Of a stretch of 29,703 nt of DNA, positions 20,762 to 29,703 are shown piece after piece. The first letter of the stretch is position 1. Every line of letters starts with the position of its first letter. A program made the position numbers and the translations under genes. The notes beneath the pieces were generated by a model. That model was not told the DNA's origin and made no database searches. It saw nothing but the letters and a program-made list of their open reading frames with translations. This DNA is from Cyanophora paradoxa CCMP329 (Eukaryota > Plantae > Glaucophyta). The DNA is taken from positions 1 to 29,703 of the forward strand of contig QPMI01000448.1 in the NCBI GenBank assembly GCA_004431415.1. Direction: 5' to 3'.

Positions 20762-23700
20762 CAAGGTCCGGAGGGAGTCTCAGCCGGCGGGGCTTGGTCT
20801 GGCGGAGCGCTCTCGGCGATCCGCTCGACCTTCACCTTCCCGTCCGAGACGGTTACGCGCATGGTCTTGGGGTCATACCCCTGCTGCCGCGCGAGGAACG
20901 CATCCAGCCCGAACGGGTCGTTCGGGTCGACAGCGGGTTGTGCGGGTTGCGCCTGGCCACCGCCGCGGTCGCCGCCACGGTCACGGTGGCCTCGGCCGTC
21001 GCGACCGCGGTGCCGGCCGCCCCGCTGGTGACCCTGCCCGCGGCCGCCTCGGCCAACGGCCTGGCCCGCGTTGCGCCGGGGCCGCGCCTGCTGCGGCGCC
21101 GTCGGCGGCGCGGCGGTCTGCGCAGCGGCCTGCGCCGGCGCGGGCGCCGACGGGGTGGCGGATGGCGCCGCCTCGGCGGGTCGTCCGCGAGCCCGCCGAC
21201 GATGGTTGAGGGCGGCTGGAACCGCACGCCCGCCCACGTCGCGCGGACCGCTCCTTCGTAGATCGGCTGGTACGGCGTGCGAACCAGAAGGCTTTCGGCC
21301 TCCTTATCGACAGCCGCCGTCGCAGTCAGGCTGCGCCGGGCCGAGGGCGCGGCGCCCTTGTTCTGGACCGCGTCCCACATCAGCGCCGGGCGCAGAGCCT
21401 CAACGTCCCAGTCGGGGAGCACGGGTCGTCCGTCTCCCAGTCGATCGGGCGCGCGAGGCGGATCGCGACATTCAGATCGGCGTAGAGCGAACGGAGCATC
21501 GTCTCGAACTGAGGCCGCAGGGGTATAGCCTCATCGGTAAAGATGAGCCCCAGCGGGAAGTTCCGGGACAGTTCTCCAGCTCCTCGGCGGCGCGGGCGGC
21601 CTCAAGGTGGCGCTGTATCCCACTCTTGCCCCGGCGCCAAGGTCATCGCCGGCGGGCCACGCGTCCTCGGCGCCGGCCATCGGGGCGAGCCGAGCTCAAG
21701 ACGCTGGTACCCGAGACCGTGCGGCATGTTTGTGAGGTACGCGCGGATGCCGTCCGCCAGCGCGCGGGCATCCGAGTCGGCGCACTCATCCCTCGTCATA
21801 GTGCGCAAGAGGGCCCTGAAGACCTCGGCCACGTTCTGGGCATGGCGGCGTTCAGGGGCGCACAGTTGTCCACCCGCTGCGCGAGCAGCGGATGCGGGGA
21901 TACTGGAAGCCCTGCAGCATCGCGAGCAGGATCCGCCCACAGATCGCCGCACGACCCTCGTGGTCCGGCACGACCGCATTGTTCGGGCCAAACTTCCACG
22001 CAAGCGTGGGATGACCGTCCGGGTACGTCGGCCTCGCGTCCGCGTCGAAGACCTTCTTGCCCTGAGGCAAGACGTCGGACCCGCGGTCCGGCTTGGCCGT
22101 CGGCTTAGTCAGGAAGGCCTCGTGAATGAACACCATCAGACCGTCCGGCACCACGCAGCGGAACGAGTTCAACACCTTGTTGAAGTCATCCATGTGATCG
22201 GCGACCGCCCGAGCGATCTCGGGGACGTAGTCAGCCGGCGTTCCGACTCGACGTCCATGGCCGCAGCCGACAGAAAGTCATCAGCCAGTGCTGCTGCGGA
22301 GTGCTTGCCCGGCGCGTGACGCTGGAAGAAGCGCGCGTGCCAGGCCAGCGTAAACCGATGGCCGTCGCGAGGATTTCCTCTTCCGCGGGATCGGCGCCAA
22401 GGGCACGTCCCGGAGGTGAGTTCGGAAAGGCGGCAGCTCGTAACCGAACCGCGGTGACGAGCCGCGGGTTCGCGTGGCTCTTCTTGGCTGGCTCGCAAGC
22501 TGGGCGACCGTCACTGCGAGCCACAGCTTCTTGTTCTCGCGCTGGTGCGGCGCGCCCCCTGCGACGTCCTTGTCGCAGGCAGCGTTCGGCGCGGGCGTGG
22601 CCGTGCCTGCCACGAGGCGGGGCGCGTAGATGCGCCGCGTCTGCAGGCGACCTCAACGTTCTCGACGCGCTTGTCGGCGAGCGGGCGCAGCAGGCCAGCA
22701 CGGCGACGTCGCGCGCGAAGCGGGTCGCGAACGGCGTCCTGGCGTCCTCCTCGTTCGGTCGGCGATGTTACCGCCCAAGACTGAGGTGTGCAGGTGGGGC
22801 GCTCGGGGTGCGGCATGTTACGCGGCGGGGCGTTCCGCGCGCCGCCGCCTTCGTGGAAGAAGCGGTATACAGCACCCGCGAGACCTGGCCCAGGGTCGAA
22901 CACACGGGTGCTGGGGCTGTGCCCTCGTGCGTGAGATCCCAGCGCCGTGTACGTCGGGACGCAGACTGTGCGGTACGGGTCCGACCGCGAGGTACTGCAC
23001 GATATCCAAGCTGACGCGCAGGCGGCGTGCGGAATGCAGCCCCTGCAGTCGAAGAGCTCCGGATCCTCGTCGAACGGCCGCTGAGGCGCCTACGAGCGAG
23101 AAACCAGTTCACTATGCGCGCGCGCGGGCCGACGCGCTTGAGCATAGTTGAGCACAGCTCGCCATGTGCTGTCCTGCAGCGTGAGCACGTCGACGTTGTA
23201 CTCGTCAACGTCGCCGCGTGCTGCCAGCGCAAGGGTAGCTGATCGCGGGCAGCGTTGCCCATTCAGTGAACCTGGCTCATAGCATTCCAGGGCCGGAAAA
23301 ACGCGTGTTTCCGTCCATGTACTCGCGCAAGAGCTTGTGATCGTTGCGTACGTCGGGTCCGCCAACGAGAACAGCGGCCCGGCTGCCAGTCCTTGTGCGC
23401 TCGAACGCCTGTGCGCCGCCGCAGGGATGCAGCCGGCGCCTCTTCCTTCTCGCCCTCTTCCTCTTCGCTCTCGACATGTCAATGTCGAGCGGCTCGAGCG
23501 GGGCTCAGGCTCATCGGCGATGTAGGTGCCCACAAGCGCATCGTCGAACGTGAACGACTGCCGTGCAGCTGACGCTCGAGGCATGCAAGACCTTCTCTGG
23601 AAGCCGCGCGCTGGCGGTCAGGCCAAGCCCCTGTGCGGTCGCTCTCGGCGGCTTCTCCTGCGCGCGCGTCCCTAGCTGCAGTGCGCGCAGCCAGCGAACC

Positions 23701-26700
23701 CGTACGGGAACTCCAGCCGCGCGTTCCGCGGAGGACGTGTCCAACCGCCTCGGCGCGGAACATGTGTGACACGCAAGAGGTACTGGCCACTGCGCGGATG
23801 ACGGCCGCGCTCGGTTGAAGCGCCCCGTGCGTCCACCGCCAGGCGCGTGCAGGATCGTCCAACGCAGATCAGGAAGTGCTCCAACTGTGCTCCGTCCACT
23901 CATGCAGGTGAACGGGAATCGTGGAGTGGGCGTGACGGGCCACGGACCCCAGCGCGATCATGAGCTCGAACGCGGCGCGTTGAGCCGCGAGGCGAACGTG
24001 CGATCGCTCTGAGCGCGACCGCCCTCCGCGCTCCTCGTGCGGCACGGGCGGCCATCCAGGCGTTCTGGATTGGCGTGCTCCTCTCGCTGCGAGAAACGCC
24101 TGAGGTGCGGACCCGCAGTCCCGAACGTGCCTTCAGTGCGTCGAAGGGATGCTCCACGGTGCGAGATCAGACCGGGCCGTCATGCCACTCGTGATCTGTT
24201 CCCCTCACAGACCGAGCGGGCACCCCGCACTGCGAGGACGCCGCTCATCACGCCCATGCTCGTACAGGCCCGCTGGCTCAGGTTCTCATCGATAGCCGAC
24301 GGCGCGCGCGCGCGCTTCCTCGGCGCCTCATCGCCGTCGCCCGCTCGCCCATCTCGGCGTCTTCCCCTCAGCCTGCCCACGGCGGGCGCTGGTTCGTGGC
24401 CCTGCGAGCCCGCCCACGGTGCTGACGCGCACGACCCCGTCCCGCGGCCACGCTCGCGCGACGGCGCCTGCCGGGGAGCCGGCGCGGCGCGCCGACGTCG
24501 AGTACGGCTCGCTCAGCGAGCTCGACAGGCGCGGCTCAGTGGCGGCGGCTCGGAGCGCGGTGGCCGCGCGCCATCGGGCTCGCAAGCCGGCCATGTTGCC
24601 GCGCGTGCAAGTCACGAGCTTCGCCGTCGGTGCAGGCGCGGGACAGGACGGGCGCCGCGCGCCGCGCTGCGGTCCCTCGCGAGAGCGCCTTCACAGGCGG
24701 GCGCGGCGCAGCAGCCTTAGCCTCCTTGATCGTCGCGCTGACGGCCTTCGCCGTGTAGGCGCCCGTCGTGTCCGACGCCGGCTTCGGCGTGTGCAGGTCG
24801 TGAGAGAGTGGGTGCGCTGCCGCATCCGTGCGCCACTCTCCGAGCGCGATCATGTCCTTGACAGCCTCGTCATTGAACCGGCCCGCTTCTTCAGCAGCCT
24901 ACGGAATAGAATGACGAGTTGGCCCGGTCGCCCGCCTGGCCCCTCGATGTACCGGGCAGCTCCGCGGCCCCGGCGGATCGGGAACCGTGCGGGCCCAGGC
25001 TGCATCGCACAGGCGTGAGCGCGGCGCGGGCCGACTGGCTCAGCACGTAGCTCCTCAGCACGATCGTGGGCAGCTGCCCGCCTCGCGTCGTGCCGTGCAG
25101 GGGAACTGCGTGGTGCGCGTGATCGGCGCACGCGGCCGACCCTCCACGTGCCAGGCTCTGCCGTGCAGGCGCGCCAGTGCAGCCAGGTGTCGCACAAGTG
25201 CAGTCCCGGAGGTGCAGAACGCGGCGCGGCGACGCGGGCTCCACCGGAACGCGTTCAACCGTGCGACTCGCCTCGCTCACGACCGGAAGCGGGCACGCCG
25301 TCGCGTACGCAGTCAGACGCTCCGCGAGCGCTCCGCAGCCATCCTCGCGTCCGATCCGAGCGAGACTGCCCGCCCGGGATCGGACCTCAACGAGGCAGCC
25401 AGACGGCAAGCGAGTGAACGGCTTCCGTGAACTCCGAGTCGAGGACAAGAGGTTCCCGTCGGCCAGGGCAACGGCGCTCTTGTGGCGTCGTGGGACCGGC
25501 GCGGCGCCGATGCAAGCCACGTCTTCCACTGGATCGCGTGCTCGAGGCAGCAGGCGAAGCCATAGCGTCGACCCGCGTCCACCATGAGCGGCTCGGCAAC
25601 TTAAAGAAGCGGCCGAGATCTTCTCGACGGCGCGCGTGCCGGGCACCGTATCGACGCGTGCAGGAATAGCCGCAACAGTCGAGGCGCACGCAAGCGGAGC
25701 GGTCCTGTGCCGGCAACAGCTCGCTCAGCTCGATTAGCTGGCGGCCCGACACTGTCATCTCGTGCGGCTCGAGAGAGCCGCCACGGCGAGTGTGGCCAAT
25801 GCTCCAGTGCGGCGGTATGCTCCAGGCCAGCGCAGGACGGTAGCGACGCACTCGTCCCAAGCTTCGTAAGCTTGTGGGTCGGGCTGACTGCGGCGCCTCG
25901 GGCGTGAGGCCCTCGGCGTGCGGCACGCGTGGCCCCCGGCCCATTCGCGGCGACGCGAGGGCCTGGTGCGTGAGGCTCATGATTTCATAATGTGCGTCGC
26001 CAGGCGTGAGCCAGGTGTCCTGGGACAGCGGGTCATGCCCCAGCATCTGCAGGAACGCAGTGGGGAGGGTCCGCGAGCCGAGTACGTGCTCTCGGTGGCG
26101 AGCGGCTGAGAGAACGCGCAAGCAAGAAGAGAGCGTCTGGCGGGTGCGGGCGGCAGCGGAACGCAGTGGCAACCACTGCTCGCCCGGACCTCGATCAGCC
26201 CCTCGCTCACAGTGCAGCCGCAGTGAGTCTCGCACGCGCTGGGTACAGGAACGCCGCGGCGAGCGGGGACCGACGCGGCGCCTTCAGCTTGTGCGCGTCC
26301 ACGTCCAGAGAGAACGGCCCCAGCTCGTTGCTCGCGGCCCTTCACCGGCTCTAACTCAACGGCTCCGAAGTGTGAGGTCTAGGCCGGGGCTAGCGCTGAG
26401 GAGCGAGCGCGTTGAGGCGCAGGGTCTCCTTAGACGCTACGGTCGCGTCCTCGTCGGCGAGGAGCGCCGTCGTCGGTCACCTCGAGCTCGCTACCGTCTC
26501 GGCCCCCGAGGAGTACCCAGGCAGCAGCCACGCCGCGGCGGGGTCCGCCGGAGCCTCGGCGGCGGCGGTCTCGGGACCGACTTGGTGGAGCGAGCTCCGT
26601 CGCGGGCTCGGGACCCTTCGCTTCTGCGTCAGCGCCCTCGACCTCCTTGGTCCGGGCGCCGCCAAGAGGAGTGCGACCTCCTCAAGGCGGGTCCACGATG

Positions 26701-26966
26701 CCGGCGGCGAGCTCGGCGGGAAAGAAGTCGGCACGGGCGCGGCGCGGACCCTCGCTGCTGCGTCAGCGCCCTCGACTCCGTGGGTCCGGGGCGGCCGCCA
26801 AGAGAGTGCGATTTCTCGGAGGGCGCGTCCACTGCGTCGAACGCGACTCTTCTCCCCTCGTCCAGGCCCGACTCCGGGCGGGTCGGCAACAGGTCCTGCG
26901 CCTCGCAGGGGGCGGCCTCTCGGCTCCCGGGTGGCACAGTCTGGGCGCTTTCCCCGGACAGCTGCA
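20761..26966 (-). CDS. Extra element-encoded coding region downstream of gag; heavily frameshifted; includes an SGNH-like segment and an RGG tract
   Basis: Successive coding-like fragments in shifting frames, ending ...AETPSGP* at 20761. Whether it is continuous with gag cannot be shown. Confidence 0.5.
26611..26832. repeat. Diverged ~86-bp direct repeat, two copies
   Basis: 26611-26696 and 26746-26832 share CTGCGTCAGCGCCCTCGAC and GCCGCCAAGAG..GTGCGA. Confidence 0.8.
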
Positions 26967-28846
26967 CTACTGCGATCGCGAAACAGTGGTGGCGGCTGCG
27001 CGACCGCGTTGAGAGCGGGGCCGTCCCGGGGTCCTGCAGCGCGGCGGCGTGCTGCCGCGCCGCTGCGGTGAAGGCTCGGAAGTATCGTCGACCAACGCCT
27101 TCGTTGCGCACGATGCGCACACGGTACACGTGCTTTTCCTTGCCAAGCTCGGCGGGCGCCGGGGCCGCCGTGGGCCCCGACCCGTGGCCGCGGTCGGCGC
27201 GGGAAGCAGTGCAGTCGCGGACGGGCCGGCGGCGCCGCTTCGGGCAGCCTGCTCGAGCATGGCGCGCGCGATCGTGAAGGCGTTGGGGTCAGCCCAGGGC
27301 GCCGGCGTCGCGGGCGGCACGGGCGGGGCTGCAGCGGCGGCGGCGTGTTCTGCAAGCGCGCGGCGGACCGCGGCCTCGAGCGTCTGCGCCTGGGCCGGGC
27401 AGGACGCGGCCAGGTGGCCGGTTTTGCCGCAGTTGTAGCACGCCCGGGGCCCTGCAGCTTGCTGGGGCGGGGGGCTCGAGCGGCCGTTCCCACCCTGCGG
27501 CGCGGGGTAGAACCGGCGCTTCGGGTCACCGGTGCCTGCGCCCGTTGGCCCGCGGCGCTTGGCCGGGTTGATTGCCGACCACTCGGGCAGAGGCCGCGGG
27601 TTGGTCCGGCACTCAAACGAGTAGTGCGACTCGCCGCAGTGGCACGGCCGCCGGGGCTTCTCGGGGAGACCCCGGGCCTTCAGGAAGTCTTTGATCTTCT
27701 GCTGATAGACCGGGTCGTCAAGGCGGGGCGGCGGTGCGGACGCCGACGGGTAGAGCGCGCGGACTACGACGAGGGGCTCGTCCCGAGCAATGAGCTGCAG
27801 GAACGAGATGACCTCGGCGTTCTGATCCTCGGCGTCGTCCGCGTCCCACGTACGCGTTTGCCTCAAGCTCTGCGATCTCGGCTTCCGACACCGTCGTCGC
27901 GAGCATGATGCGCGTGCCCGCGCCGGCGCTGGCGCGGGTCCGGCGTCGCGAGAGCGTGGGCGCCTGCAGCGGCGTCCCGCGCGAGCCCAGCACTAGGGCC
28001 GAGCCGGGGACTTTGGAGATATCGACGTCCCAGGCGCCCAGTTCATTGGTGCGCTTGGTTACCAGGTCGATGACCGCAGAGGGTCCCGTGATCTCGCGGT
28101 CCGCGATCTTCTGCGACAGCTCGTCATAGATCTTCCGAGCCGTGGAGAAGTTCGTCATCATGTGCCGGCGATCGGTGTCCGAAATCTCGGAGTCTTCGAA
28201 GTCGCGGCACTGATTGCGAGTGCGGCGCTTGAGCATCTGGCCCGCGTGGCGCATGAGTGCCATAAGCGGTGTCTCGTGCGCCTCGCGGCACTCCGGGATG
28301 ATGCTCAAGTCGAGGACGCGGCGATAGAACGCCTCCGGCGCCTCGCCCACGTGCGGCAGGTCGAGGAGCGCCTTGTACCGGTCAGGGTTCCGCATCTCGG
28401 CGTCATCTTCGAGACGGCGCCTGATCGCGGTGTACGTGACCGTGAGGGCGGTCCGCTGCAAGCCCTCCTCGGCTTGCGCGATCTTCTCGTCGAGCGTCTC
28501 GAGGATCGCGACGTCTCGCGGGTCCGCCGTGCTCGTGCGCGCACGCTCGGCCCGGTACGCCTTCAGCTTCTCGAGCTCGCGAGTGTCGATCTGCTCGGCG
28601 CTCTGGAACAGCGAGATGTTCTGGCGCACGGGGTGCCCGTGATCTAGCGTGCCGAGAAGAGCCCACCAGTTCGCTTCTGCACTTCAATGTGTGCAGTCGG
28701 CGAGACACTGAGCAAGTCCTTGCTCATGCTCGCGCAGCTCTCGAACTGGCGGAGGTGGTCCTGAACCGTGCGCTGATCGCTGCCGGCGGCAGCTTCGGCA
28801 GGCTCTGGATCCATTGCAAAACATTTGATCCGCTCATAGAGTCCAT
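26967..28846 (-). CDS. gag: Gag-like protein with zinc knuckle
   Basis: First coding region after the 5' LTR (ATG 28846, MDSMSGSNVLQWIQSLPKL...); helical capsid-like body; CYNCGKTGHLAASC knuckle at 27440-27399; several frame breaks. Confidence 0.85.
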
Positions 28847-29456
28847 GTCGGCGGCGCCACGCGCGTGCGCGGCCCGGACGACGAACTCCGCGGAGGCTCC
28901 GGTCCCGAGGACATTCTCAGGTCAAGCGGCGACGTAATGCCACGCTTTTCCGTGAGAGAATGTGCCTCGCTCGAGATCCGAGGCCGTCGTGGTCCACAGC
29001 AGCGGCGAGCAAGCTCACTAGCTCGGCTGCGGCGATTCCGGAGACAGCTCGGGCGCGCACGCCTCAGCCGTCGATCCGATCGCTCTTCGTCTTGTCCAGC
29101 ACGATCGCAACAGCCGGAGAAGGCTGGCGTCGCGGCGAGTGACTAGCGACCGATCAGGAATGATCCCACGGGCTCGCACGCAGCTCGCTCAGGAAACGGC
29201 GACGATCCGATCGGGACGGGGATCCCTCGGTATTCGCGCGCGTTCCTGGATCCGCAGGACTAAGTTCTGGTTCTTTCCAGAATGTTCGGTCGCCAACTGC
29301 GGATCAGCCCGGAGCGGCGCAGGCGGGGCGCGAGAGCGACCCACGACCTCTGCTGAGGTCTACCTGCGCGCCGGCTGAGCCGCGGTCGCCGAGCTGGGTC
29401 GGTTGCTGATGACGGGTCGCTGATGATCGGGGTTCTGGCTCGTGAGCAGATGGCGC

Positions 29457-29703
29457 TGTCGGATGAGAGGATTCCCACCCGGTGCAGCGTCCGTGCGGTC
29501 ACGCACGGGGTGGGTGTAGCTGGGAGCACAAGTGGTCTATTCACAAGTGTACCCGTCCAGGGATCGCGTACCCCAAACGGAGTCGCGCCGGCGCTAAGTC
29601 AGAATACAGAGAGTGCTAGAGCTAGCTGCTCGATAGCACTAGACTAGGGTAGCGGCTACGCATAGACTGCCGGCTAGCCTAATCCGAGGGAATCGCGGCA
29701 CGC
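29457..29703 (-). repeat. 5' LTR, truncated 4 nt by the window end
   Basis: Matches 11419-11670 with about 5 missing bases and at most 1 substitution. Confidence 0.93.

Larger units (their letters stand above)
11419..29703 (-). mobile_element. Giant (~18.3 kb) Ty3/Gypsy LTR retrotransposon
   Basis: Paired LTRs and PPT; minus-strand order gag-(extra ORFs)-PR-RT-RH-IN, which is the Gypsy order. Confidence 0.95.

Noticed and set aside
20761-26966. Cytosine methyltransferase cargo, as in some algal retrotransposons
   Set aside because: No FxGxG, PC or ENV motifs found in order, although frameshifts limit certainty.
12212-28647. Long plus-strand ORFs (e.g. 12212-13453, 13926-15050, 20039-21031, 26006-27277)
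   Set aside because: Antisense shadows of GC-rich minus-strand coding sequence; Arg/Gly/Ala-biased with no motifs.

Overview
GC-rich eukaryotic DNA with short (about 45-90 nt) GT..AG introns; the host cannot be identified from the sequence alone. The right ~18.3 kb (11419 to window end) is one very large Ty3/Gypsy LTR retrotransposon on the minus strand. It has near-identical ~256-bp TG..CA LTRs (the 5' LTR is cut 4 nt short by the window edge), a PPT, gag with a CCHC knuckle, protease, RT, RNase H and integrase. It also carries ~9 kb of extra coding sequence between gag and protease: an SGNH-fold-like segment, an RGG tract, and a TGATG stop/start junction into an RS-rich region leading into Pol. 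There is no canonical TGG primer-binding site. The many frameshifts look like single-base assembly errors. The left 11.4 kb is densely packed with orphan intron-containing genes, an IS3EU/Clr5-like transposase relic without a DDE core, a 1.3-kb modular palindrome with iterated units and a central hairpin, and a small virus-style SET-domain gene. This block may be a cargo-carrying DNA element into which the retrotransposon inserted. All domain calls are by eye; no searches were run.
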